Positions 13,421 through 25,485 of a stretch of DNA of 64,000 nt are shown in pieces (within the stretch, counting starts at the first letter, position 1; every line of letters starts with the position of its first letter). Under the pieces are notes generated by a model. It saw only the letters and a list, made by a program, of their open reading frames with translations. It did no database searches and was not told where the DNA came from. The stretch comes from Octopus vulgaris (Eukaryota): assembly GCA_951406725.2 (NCBI GenBank), contig OX597825.1, forward strand, positions 1,116,001 through 1,180,000. The letters run 5' to 3'. Made by a program: the position numbers and the translations under genes.

Positions 13421-14269
13421 CAACAACAGCAGCAACAACAATGTTAAGCACCTTCTAGCTATATCAGCTTTTACATTGAACTTTACTGTACTCCTCTTTC
13501 TGCATTTGCAGTTTCCATGGTTACTCCAAATGAAAAAATTTCCTCGTCAAAACTATTATTTTATAGTGCGACATTGTAATAATACAGTTCCATATACATG
13601 AATATCTATCCATCTGTGTGTCAGTCTATCTATCTATGAAATGCATGTTATGGAATGTTTAAAATTACTGCTAAATAGTCAAGTATGTATATTATAATAT
13701 GTAAGGAGTCCATAGCTACTGAGATTTAGACATAAGAAATGCCATATTCACACCAAAGAAAGCAATACAAACAATAACAACACAAACAAAAGAATGAGAG
13801 TAAGGAATAAATTTTCAGGTGCTACATGTTGCTAAACTAAGGAATCTTCAAAATGCTTTTGTAATGTAAAAGATCTAAATAAGCATCCTCGACCAAATCT
13901 TCCAAAAATTGAACATCAACCTCCCATCTCTCTCTCTCTCTTAAACACTACATATGCGTCATTATAGACAGTTTGTCTTCACTTTAACACTGTTGTAGTG
14001 TAAATGCCTGTCTCTCTTTTATCGCATCCTTTCTGTCTTCCTTCTCCGATGCTGAAAATTCTTTAATTGAGCAATATGTAACACTTCACCTCCTATTACT
14101 TTTAATTTCTTTGTTATTTCTGCTCATTATTGTTTTGCTTTCTAGATTATGTATATCGAACTTTATGCCAAAATATTAGCCATTACAGTGGACAATTTAT
14201 ATAAACTGATATAGGACTATAAGGCCTTATTAGCATTCATTTAAATGTGTGTGTGTTTGATGTACACAG

Positions 14270-14376
14270 AGGCTGGCAGTTTATTCTGTTGCTGTGTGCC
14301 AGATGATGAAGGACTGCAGCAGGAGATGAGATGCTATGAAACTTGGCCAACCCAATATATTCTTAGGAAATTGGAT
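14270..14376 (+). CDS. Candidate coding exon (AGSLFCCCVPDDEGLQQEMRCYETWPTQYILRKLD)
   Basis: cAG acceptor, GTATGA donor, open frame, higher GC than flanks; product not recognised. Confidence 0.3.
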
Positions 14377-14656
14377 GTATGATTCTGTATACAGGTATAT
14401 GTGTGTGTGTGTGTGTGTGTGTGTATTCTTATATAAAACCATGGAAGTGGTAGATTTTCTCACTAAAAACTGGTGCCATGGCAACTTCTAAAGAATTTGG
14501 CAATAACAGATTGGTCTTCATAGGTCATTAAACTACAAATAAGATACAAGACATAGGGACATCTTCAGTTAGTGTAATATAATATCCACTTATGACAGAT
14601 GATGTAGCAAGCTCTGTTTTACTCCTTAATGTTTTACGATATTCTATACCCTGGTT

Positions 14657-14703
<47 letters not shown>

Positions 14704-15719
14704 ATGTGTCTTTCCTGAAGAAGGACAACAGGATACACAATCTTTGTGTCACAGTTGAGATGCATATGAAATCTGTACTTGTATTGTGCTTGTATTTCTA
14801 TATTTCTGTGTTGAGAATATTCCCTTTATAACATCCACCATTATCATTTACAATGAGAAAAAAAGAAAAAGGAAAACCATTTTCCACAGTCCATACAGAA
14901 TTTCTCCTAAAATTGATTGTGGAACTATTAATTCTACATCTCTAATATTTTTTCCTGTTCTTGGAGGAGGAAGAAATCCAGTACCATAACCTTTTTCAGG
15001 GCCGTTGAGCTGAGACAAGAGAAGACAGGAAGAAACCAGAAACTAGGGACTTGATCTGAATGCTTTTAACAGAATGGATTTTGCTAAGAGTACCCAAGGT
15101 CCCAGTAATAGCAGTGTTGAATTGAGCAATAGATTAAGGTATTCGATATCAGCTGAGTTTTATATTAAAATATTTACACAAGGTGAAACTCCTTTATAGA
15201 GACAAAATATAAAATAACGCCATGCTAACAGTCAGTAATGCCTAGTTAATGAATGACTTTGATCAATGTGAACATTATATTTTTTTCTCTCCAAAGAAAG
15301 TCTTTTGTCAAAGCAGCCATACATGAAGGGATACGTATTTCATCAACAACTGTAAATGAACATTTCTAAAGCAACAGAAGTAGACCAACGTGTTAGACAT
15401 AGCAATCAAATATTTTTCAAATCATACTCTGTCAGTTTTGGACAGAGAAAAACAATCAGATAAGAACTATGCCAAAGATGAAGAAAAAATATCATCATAT
15501 GCATATTTATATATGTGAACTCTGTGTATCCATTTCATATTCTTTGAACTCAAATTCAAATTTCTGATCTTGCCTTACAGTGTTACTTGATAGTTATTTC
15601 CCTTCATATTAAGAGCCACCCAGAGGGCATTCAACAAACAAGATAAGATGAAATGCCTTTAATCATAACACTGCTATGATTAAATGATCTATTCCTCATA
15701 GCTGACTCTATTGGGAGAA

Positions 15720-17250
15720 TCAGAGAAGAAATTCTAGGCATAGAAGCTAAACCTGGATTTGAGGGGCCTTAAGTTTAAGCTGGCAAAAACTAAGGTTTAA
15801 GTAAATAGGGAAGATGACAGGACCCTGACACCTTCAAGGAAATGGCCTTGCTCAACACATAAAAAAGAGGTGAGTTTAAACTCCATCAGATGCACTAAAT
15901 GTAAGTTATGGATACACAAGAGATGTAGTGGAATCACTAGCAGACTATCCAAGAAAGTAAATTTCATTTGCAGTATATACCCTGGGGGTAGTACATACAA
16001 ACACACAAGAAATCGAGTCTCTTAAATGCCCAGATGACTAATTAGATGAGTTGACAGCTTTTGTTACCTAGGTGGGTAATTAGCAAGGTAGATGGTTAGA
16101 GAAAGTTCAAAAGCAGATTGTATGATGTTTGTGTTAGAACTGTAATGCTGCATGGTAATGAAGCATTGTGGGGAGGGGGGTCCTGGAATGCAGAGCACTT
16201 GAGAAGATTGATAAAAAAATGAAGTGAGTGTTCTGTGTTGGATGTTCAATGTGAGTGTGCATGAAAGAATTGGTAAAAAAGTGCTGAGTGAAAAACTGGA
16301 TATAAAAGAAATGAGGTACTGAGTTGAAGAAGATTGAAGTGGAATGGATGTGTGGATGTGTATGAATGAGTACAGCTGTATTAAAAAGTGCAGTTTGCTT
16401 AACAAGGCTGGAACCCACAGAAGAGGAAGACACAAAAACAAAAAACAAAAACATGGGACGAAGTAAGGAAAGCTGGTCTCAAGACCCTGAACCTGGTAGA
16501 TGAGAAGACAAAGGGACTGGAATCTTTGGTGATATGAGGTTGTCAAAAACATTTGCTTTCCTCAGCAAAACTGAGTTCTGGAAGTACTATATTTTGGATT
16601 ATTCACCAGTAATAGCGATTCCCTCACTGCATACAGTTTGTCAACTTCTTCTCCTTGCTCATCTCTTGTCCCTCCTCCTTCAGCAATTGCATCATCTTTA
16701 CTACTCCTAATTGCTCCCCCCCCCCATCCATGCTTTCCCAGGTCATGTCTCTTGTCTCATCCACTCTTCAAATCCTACCCATTTTGAAAGTCTGCCTCCC
16801 CACCCTTCTTTCATTACTTTCCCTACCCACCCACTTCTACTTGGTTAGTGCCTTGTGGGGCCACCTGGGTACCCTATTGTTTATTATCAATGCCTTGCAG
16901 CTGCCACTGATCATTTTCTCTTTCTTTCCTCACCTCGACCCCTACTAGACATGTGTTTCCTCTGCAGGAAACTACTCTGCCAACCTCTCTCATAGTAAAC
17001 CTCTCATCCCCTGGCATGAACATGACCCTGCCACCTACCCCATGGCTTGTAGTCTTGCATGGTTACCTTTACAGTGCAGGTGGCACAAAGAAAGCACCCC
17101 ATCCACACTATTAGGAAGGGCATTCAGCTGTAAAATCCATGCCAAAGCAGACACTAGATTCTCTCAAACTGTCCATCTCATGCCAGCACGGGACAAGGAC
17201 ATTGAATGATGATGATGATGATGAAGATGATGATGATGATGATGAAGATG
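15720..17250 (+). mobile_element. Decayed RTE-clade LINE, 3' part with 3' UTR and (GAT)n tail
   Basis: WPCS...NSIRCTKCKLWIHKRCSGIT motif, VDSFCYLG, 3' end aggaagggcattcagctgt...tgatgatgat. Confidence 0.8.
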
Positions 17251-18349
17251 ACTGCTTGCTTGAGTGAAGTTGCTCTAGAGTTAAACAACAACAATAACAA
17301 ATAATTCTTGCTTTGTGGCAGTTTTTTCATAATTTCTAGTTTCTTGAACCCAACAACTTTTTTTCAAACAGAAAGTGATGAAGAAAAAAATGTTTCTATA
17401 TCATAAACTATATTTTATTAACTTAATATTTTACATTTCTATAGATAAAAAAACCCCTAGAAGTTTTAGAATTTTGATTTGTGAAGTTCAGCTTATATAA
17501 CATTTGACAAGTAATCAGATGGAATCCTCTAATGATCCATTATCTCTTACCATATTAATAAACAGCTATGTCAACTAATTTTAGTTTTTTTTTTAAACTT
17601 TCAGATGCAAAATTATCAAAATTTTCTGAATTTTAAAAAATAATGATTAATTCAATGTTTTCATTTTATTTGTTTTAGTAGTTGTTATTGATATATATAT
17701 ATATTTTTTTTTTCTTGATTTTCTCATATTACCACAACTACTAATGTCATAGATATTCAAAGTATTTATCGATTTGGAGGAAAAATTTGACAAGAAAATA
17801 ATATACAATTATAAAATAGCTTAAATATTGATAACTAATCTTAAACCCCAAAAGATAACTTTTTCTTAAACCTCAAAAAGATAAATTTCTCTTAAATCTT
17901 TCCCAGGAGATAATTTCATAATGGTTAAATAATAAATAAAGGGACAGAATAAAATAACAATATTAAAGATATCATGTTTTTTAACCAATTTTTATAATTT
18001 GTTTTATCTGACAGATGAACTTAGCTAAAGTTATTCAAACAATTGGTTTTGAAAATTACTGCACTCACTAAACTATTTACTTAAAAAGAAAAAAAAAACC
18101 TATAAATTATATATTTAAGTCTTTAAATTTTTAATCTCAACTTAAGGTATTTAGTGACGTTAATATTTATATTTTATGAGCAGAAAGCATTAAGAAGTTA
18201 TCTAGAAGAATTTATTTGCTGTTGAAAATTGAAAAAAACGCAAAACAAAAACAAAATTTTAGTCAATTCCAATTTTCTGTACAATCTCTAGATAATTAAA
18301 CTCAGTGGTTAATTATTTTTAAATATGCTTAGGCGTCAGGTACATTTAG

Positions 18350-18472
18350 TTATAGTGAACCAGTAATGTCGACTAAAACACAGGGAGTCATCATTAACTC
18401 AGCAAATATGGCTAAATCTAAGCCTTGCTGAGAAGGTTTAATGACACCGAAACAAGCCTGATGTTTCCCATA
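18350..18472 (-). CDS. Candidate terminal exon (YGKHQACFGVIKPSQQGLDLAIFAELMMTPCVLVDITGSL*)
   Basis: Strong acceptor tatttatttatttcAG, 40 open codons then TAA. Confidence 0.3.
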   Translation of the reverse strand, partial: YGKHQACFGVIKPSQQGLDLAIFAELMMTPCVLVDITGSL

Positions 18473-18517
18473 CTGAAATAAATAAATACAATTTTGTTTT
18501 TCCTGCATAGCATAATT

Positions 18518-18850
18518 ATATCTAATTAACTTTTCAATGATTCCTGCATTAAATATGCAAGCATTAACTTTGCAACTAACTTTTAAGTGGATACCATCTT
18601 TCATTTAGGGAATTTAGTTGGATGCGATTTCAGGAAGTTGTTTCACAAAAGGAATAGCAGGGATCCCATCTATAAATATACCAGATACATTTGAGTATTT
18701 AAGAGTGTAAATAGCTTCAACTTGAGTATTATAATCTTCTTGGATAAATCTGAGGATATAATTATTGTTGTTGTAATGTTGTTTAAAGGCAGTCCAGCTG
18801 TGATCGTTTTGTATTTTTAGAGTATCCACAGCTACATTGTTCAGTAGGTC
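18518..18850 (-). pseudogene. Possible TIR-domain C-terminal half, interrupted by two in-frame TAA codons
   Basis: One frame reads ...EDYNTQVEAIYTLKYSNVSGIFIDGIPAIPFVKQLPEIASN*IP*MKDGIHL...IIEKLIRY; by-eye resemblance to SARM1-type TIR (EIVTAL...NIVPIIDG...LPE...NGI...IEKIIRF). Confidence 0.3.
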
Positions 18851-19849
18851 CTTTCACATTTAATTAAAGTGTAGTTCAAGAGATGTTTGACCCCTTTTTC
18901 TGACAAGTGAGCCAACATGTAGATGCTTCCATGTTGTTTCAATATATTTATCTCAGACTGTATCGGCATTGTAATCATTGCTATATAGCTTTAGCTCTGG
19001 CTGAGTAGACCTATGCTCAATTACAAACATTATATTCAAAAAGGTTTGAGGTTAGTCATTATGAATACTTAAGAAGAGTTTTCAAACAGCTAACATAATT
19101 TTGTAACAAGAGAGGTGCATCAGAAGAAACCAGTGATTCTCTGAAATCAGTAATTCAAAAATTATAAACATTGCATTAAATTTTATGATTTGAAGAAGGA
19201 AAACCAAATATTTTGGATTGAAGGATTTTTGTTTTTCTTTGAAAAAAAAAAAAAGAAATCCTCCTTTGAAGTTGAAAACTATTGATGTTTTTTCACTAAA
19301 AAAAAACAAGGGATCATTACTATAAAATACAAAAAAGCCCCTATACCCCCACCCCAGAAGAAGGTTACTTTTTTAAAATCTATGCCTTATCTTCTTTCTA
19401 ACACAATAATTCTGAGATGTTCGGTCAGCCCAAGCGTATCAAATATCAAACATATCAACTTTCAATACTGCTTATGCACAGGTTTGATGAAGTAAAGGAC
19501 TGAGTTAGAAGGACTTTCTTTCCTACATAAACGTAACGTTATCCATTGAACCTCAGGCACAAAATTACATATCACTTTAATTTATATTTAAACCCATTTT
19601 CAATCATGGTACCTTGCTGATTTATCTTTTAGCTGATGCTACATGCCCCGCTTCTTTCATTTTGGTTTTTACTACATGGTTTGTTTACCACATGGTTTAT
19701 TTCATACAGAGATAAGATTTCTGTTTTCATATCAGATATCTTCTGCTCTTCATCACATTTTAAAGTCTTTTCTTATCAGCATTCTTCAATGTTCTACAAT
19801 TATAATACTTAAATTTTGTCTATTTTCCTTTTTACTCACCCCACTCCCA

Positions 19850-21445
19850 TATCATCATCATTTAACGTCCACTTTCCATGCTGGTGTGGGTTGGACGGTT
19901 TAACTGAGGACTAGGCTCTAATCTGATCTGGTAAGGTTTCTACAGCTGGATGCTCTTCCTAACATTAACCACTCTGAGAATATAGTGGGTGCTTTTTATG
20001 TGCCACCAGCATGGGAGCCAGTCAGACAGCACTGGCACCAACCACGCTCGAATGGTGCTTTTTACGTGCCACTGGCATGGGGAGCCAGCCAGCCAGGCAG
20101 CAGTGGCATCGGCCACTAAAAAGGATTTCACTTGACTCAACAGGTCTTCTCAGGCACAGCATATTGCCTGATAAGTGAATGGTACTTTTAAATGGGCTGG
20201 TTATGTGACACTGGCCTCAGCCACGGCTATGATCTCACTTGGTTGGTCAGGTCTTCTCAAGCACAGCATATCTCCAAAGGTCTCGGTTGCTTGTCATTGC
20301 TTCTGTGAGGTCCAGCATTCAAGGGTCATGCTTCACCACCTCATCCCATGTCTTCCTGGGTCTACCTCTTCCACAGCTTCCCTCCACTGTTAGGGTGTGA
20401 CACTTTTTCACACAGCTATCCTCATCTATACACACCACATGACCATACCAGTAGAGTTGTCTCTCTTGCACACCACATCTGACGCTTCTTTTATCCAAAT
20501 TTTCTCTCAAGGTGCTTACACTCTGTTGAGTATGCACACTGACATTACACATCCAGAGGAACATACGAGCTTCATTTCTTTTAAGCCTTGGCATGTCCTC
20601 AGCAGTCAGCCCATGTTTCATTGCCATGTAGCATGGCTGTTTGCATACATGCATCATACAGTCTACCTTTCACTCTGAGTGAGAGGCCCTTTATTACCAG
20701 CAGAGGTAGGAATGCTCTGAAGTCTGCCCAGGCTATTCTTATTCTAGCAGCTATGCTCTCAGAGCATCCACCCGCTGCTCCTGACTTGGTCATCTAGGTA
20801 ATGGAAGCTATCAACTACTTCTAGTTTTTTTCCCCTGTCATGCAATGGAATCTGTTTTCTTTACGTCTTCAGTGTTTATTGCTCCTGTGCCTCTGCCACA
20901 CACAAAAACTATCTTCTCATTTAACCTTCCATTGATATTCCTTTCTACTCTAGGCACAAGGCCCGAAATTTTGGGGGAGGGGGGCAGTCGATTAGATCAA
21001 CTCCAGTACACAACTGGTACTTATTGACCCCAAAAGGACGAAAGACAAAGTTGACCTCAGTGGAATTTGAACTCAGAACATAAAGACATGAAATACCGCT
21101 AAGCATTTCACCCAACGTTCTAACATTTCTGCCTGAACCTTCCTCTGATATTGCTGCACCTCTTATGTATCCATAGCTTACACTGGGTAAATTTATGGAG
21201 TTTCTACCTATGGCTTTTCTACAGATTGAGCAGAGCAGTCTACCTGAAGGGATTTGTGATTTGTTTGCCTTCCTCCTCACTAAGACTTTGGTTTTTGCTT
21301 GATTGACTCTAAGGCCCTTCGATTCTAGACCTTGCTTCCACACCTGAAACTTCTCCTCTAGTTCTGATAGTGACACAGCTATTAGAGCAAGGTCATCAGC
21401 ATAGAGGAGCTCCCAGGGGCAGACTGTCTTGAATTACATCTTAGG
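19850..21445 (-). mobile_element. 5'-truncated RTE-clade LINE (RT end, C-terminus, 3' UTR, (GAT)n tail)
   Basis: PWELLYADDLALIA, ESKGLRVNQAKTKV, MLHGNETW, WYGHV, GRGRPRKTW motifs; relatively well preserved. Confidence 0.9.
20940..21135 (-). mobile_element. SINE family A nested in the RTE, with 17-bp TSD
   Basis: Flanks aaccttccattgatatt (20923-20939) and aaccttcctctgatatt (21136-21152). Confidence 0.9.
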
Positions 21446-22399
21446 AAAAAAAAACGGATACCTTGAACAACATGGTTAGATATATTTGAGATGGTCATAA
21501 TTGGAATGCATTTAATCATGACTCCGCTTGATAATGGCGAACCTAGAACATTCCAATAATATCTTCCTCACTTCCTCACTCCTGTATGTGCAGCTGTATC
21601 TTATCCAGCAGCAACTGTATGGAAGTGTGATAACAGAGTATCGTCAATTAGACAATGTTTAATTGAAGATACTCTTTATAACACAGTGTGCATGTATGTG
21701 TGCATGTGTGTGTGAAAATGAGAAAGATAGAACTAGAGATAAGTAGCATGATTAATGAGATTAATGATAGAAACAGGTAATTGATTTAGTTAATTTAGTC
21801 AATTATAAAAGCAAGGCTATGAAATTTTGAAATAAAAATGAAATCATTTCAAAATGTCATTTGAAATATTGAATAAAATATAAATCATTTCAAAATGTCA
21901 TTTCAAATATTAATAAATAATTCTAATGTTTTAGATGAAAATTTCTGGTACACAATCTTTTGACAGCATATATTTGAAAAAGAAACTTAAAAATAGTGAA
22001 GTTTGATAATATCTGTCTATGAATTAATTATGTATAACATTTAAAAATTTTACAATATTTTTCATGACAAATGCTTCGAGAACTTACACAAAGAAACATT
22101 ATTATCTTTGTTGTTTTTTTGTTTTCTATACTGAGCACTAATTAAACCATATTACATAAGTAGTTTAAAGTAGTATTCATTAAGTTATCTTCTCAAATTA
22201 TTGTTCCTTTTTAAAAGTGCCTTTGTAGCCTCATTTCTTATTGAAAAAGAAACATTCAAATCAAATAAGACCCTTTAATTAATTCCAATAAATGACAACA
22301 ACCTTGAAGTAATTAACATAAACTCTTCTGCTTTCACTCTTTTTTATTACTTCAAATAATTGCTTCTTTTTTTTCTTTTGGTTTTGTTTTTCTTTCTTG

Positions 22400-22930
22400 C
22401 TTCTTTTAGAGACCTTTTATGAGTAGGATGTGGATTTTTGGTTTTTTCTTTTTTGGTTCTTAGAGTTTTTGTTTTTACAGCTGGAGGTCATAACTGAAAG
22501 CTTTGTGAATTGTGCAATATGGTTGCAAACAGAAGCAAAATCTGCCATACTTTTGCAGGCTGCATTTATGTGTTGCCTGTTAACATTTGAACTGCTGCAG
22601 CTGTGCCATATGTTTGCATTTACAATAGTCAACAGGCCTCTTGGAGAATTGAGTACATTCATTTTCCAGATACCTTAACAACAAGTTTTGTTTAGTTTAC
22701 CATTTTTTACTTTTTCCTTATTGGCTGAAAGTCATAGACTTTTACACAGACTCCTTCATCAATTGGCATTTCAGAATGCTTTCTAAAATGTTTTTTTGCA
22801 ATATTGATCAAGTATGTTTCTGAATGTTTTGGTTGTCTTTTAATCCAATTGGAGAATTCATAGAAAAGTTGAATGAGTTCAGTTGCTATGAGGGGTTTAG
22901 AATCAACTGTTTCAGGCCTTGCCATTTACT
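22400..22930 (-). mobile_element. Possible decayed LTR-retrotransposon (Ty3/gypsy-like) gag remnant
   Basis: N-terminal MARPETVD...W..(H)..ETYL and a degenerate knuckle C...FASVC followed by a basic tail. Confidence 0.4.
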
Positions 22931-23229
22931 TGCCTAGGGTTGAAATGACAATACCATTGTTTGTTTTTCAACTTTTTCATTTTCCTGTCGTCCAAAGGTT
23001 AAGATACAAAACATCCATCCTGACTCTGCCACTTGAGGCAATTGAACTTATCTAACACTCCAATGGACTAATTATTGCTGATGTAAACTATCACAGCTAA
23101 ACTCTGATTCTAGAGTTTTATCCTATTGAAATCTAATCACTCAATATATTTCAATTACTGTGACAAGATGGGTTTTCTCGTAGATTTATAGATTTACTTG
23201 ACAGCCATAAGAAATGTGTCTTTTAACCG

Positions 23230-23418
23230 TTTACTTGTTTCAATTATTCGACTGTGGTCATGCCAGGGCACCACTGCCCTGAAGGGCTTTACTCAAATGA
23301 AGTGACCCCAGTACAGTTTTCAGCTTGGTATTTATTCCATTGTTCTCTTTTGCCAAAACTGCCAAGTGATGGAGATGCAAACAAACCAACATCAGTTGTG
23401 AAGCAGTGTGGGGGGGGA

Positions 23419-23465
<47 letters not shown>

Positions 23466-23565
23466 CACTGGGATTCTTTTTTTTTCAGTTTCTGTTCAAC
23501 AAAATTCATTCACAAGTCTTTGGTTGGCTCGGGGCAACAGCACAAGATATTTGCCCAAAGTTTCT
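23230..23565 (-). mobile_element. SINE family B copy with (CA)n insert
   Basis: Similarity to other family B copies. Confidence 0.8.
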
Positions 23566-23870
23566 ACTTGAGAAAATCATTTAACTTATGGAAATATTTC
23601 ACCTTTGAGTTGAGATAAGGTTTTTGCAGTTGGACACTTCAACTTTCCAGTAAAAATTTTGATTCATTAGAATTTTGAGTGAGGAACAATGTAAGCCTGA
23701 ATAAAAAAAAAAAGTGTGTGTATGTGTGTGTGTGTGGGGGGATATTATATTCTAATGAAACTGAGTTAAAAGTCATTCTTCAAAGACTGGCTCACTTTGA
23801 TCTAGCAGACCAATCATGAAAGGCATTCCAGCTGTGATCATTCTATCTTCTAGATGTTAATTGTTGTTTG

Positions 23871-24165
23871 TGAAGGTGCATGGCTCAGTGGCTAGAGCAC
23901 CGAGCTTACAATCGTGAGGCTGTGAGTTTGAATCCCAGACCGGGCTGTGTGTTTTCACATTGCTCCAGTTCACTCAGCTGTAGAAATGAGTTGTGACGTC
24001 ACTGGGGCCAAGCTGTATTGGCCCCTTTGCCTTTCCCTTGGATAACATTGGTGGTGTGGAGAGGGGAGGCCGGTATGCATGGGTGACTGCTGGTCTTCCA
24101 TAAACAACCTTGCCCAGACTTGTGCCTGGGAGGGTAACTTTCTAGGTGCAATCCCATGGTCAGTC
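23871..24165 (+). mobile_element. tRNA-derived SINE (separate family, single copy here)
   Basis: A-box TGGCTCAGTGG and B-box GAGTTTGAATCCC at tRNA spacing, followed by a non-tRNA body. Confidence 0.75.
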
Positions 24166-24382
24166 AGCAGCAGTAATTGTTGTTTAACTCCAAGTCAGCT
24201 GAGACAGAGAAGACTTAGGATGAAAAGCTTTTCAGTCAGGAGCACTTAGAATCATATTGTCTAAAGTGACCCTTCCTTTTGAAGATATTGGAGTGTGAGG
24301 TGCAATTTAAGGGTGATTTTGCTAATATTTCTAACCATTAGAGTGACTGCATAGATCTCCTTTATTGTCTAGAGTCAAAATG

Positions 24383-24415
<33 letters not shown>

Positions 24416-25214
24416 TACTCAGTTTACAAGAGGTTTTGTCTATCACTGAAAATAACTGTTGAAAATGATAAATGCCAAAAACAACAACAAAAAAAAGACA
24501 GACCTTTTTAAGAAGAAGAGACTATACAGCACATATTTACAGTTGTGGAAGTTTTGAAGGCTATACACCAAATCATCTCTTTAACACAGTAGTCACTTAA
24601 TAATCAAATCAAATGATGTTATTTATATCAACTTGCAGTCAAAGTAACAGCACATAAACAGTATTGATCAAGTTCATGTGTTCTAGAAACAGTTAAACTG
24701 ATTTAAGCGCAATTTTGAATCAGTGCACAAATCCCTGACTACTAAACAGCTGCTAAATCTAATTTATTAAATTCCCATAAACATTAGAGAAATTAATAGA
24801 TGGAGAACTACTTCTTGACTGATGTGGAAGTGAAAATAAAGTGAATGAAAGTAGATCATTAATTCAGAAACAATATTTATATAAATTGTTGTCAATCTTT
24901 TCAGTTCATTATCTAAGAATACAGGAACAGCAGAGTGACAGAGTTGTGTCAATGGAAATGGCTTTCCTGCCATTTGACCATATCATTTTCCATTCTAAAT
25001 TTCTACCTGGCTAAGGTTACCTTTTTCTTTTTTTTTTTGTGGTGGGGGTGATAGATGCCAGTTGAGTACTGGTTTGATGAATTCAGCTTTTCTGTCAGCC
25101 AAATCATTAATAAAATACTGAAAGCTCAAACTACTGACTCTAAACCTTACAAGCAAAGAATAACCAAACAGCTGAACGTAGAATAAAAAAATAAAAGTTT
25201 CAGATATAAGCACA

Positions 25215-25405
25215 CTGGCTGAAAATTAGGGAGTGAGCTTAACCAATTAAATTGACCCCAGAATGACTGGTACTTTCTTTTATTGATGTTGGAGAGATGA
25301 AAGGTAAAGTTAACCTTGGTGGGATTTGAATTCAGAAGGTAAAGTGCCAGAACAAATACTGTAAGGTCTGGCTGGTGTTCGACTGGTTCTGCTAATCTAT
25401 CACTA
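25215..25405 (-). mobile_element. SINE family A copy
   Basis: Core gatgaaaggtaaagttaaccttggtgggatttgaattcag. Confidence 0.8.
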
Positions 25406-25442
25406 CTACTACTACTATAATAATAATAATAATAATAATAAC

Positions 25443-25482
<40 letters not shown>

Positions 25483-25485
<3 letters not shown>

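Noticed and set aside
23871-23945. tRNA gene
   Set aside because: A/B boxes are present but no convincing cloverleaf; continues into a SINE body
25151-25171. 21-nt minus-strand microexon with strong acceptor and GTAAGG donor
   Set aside because: Cannot be distinguished from a chance match without RNA data
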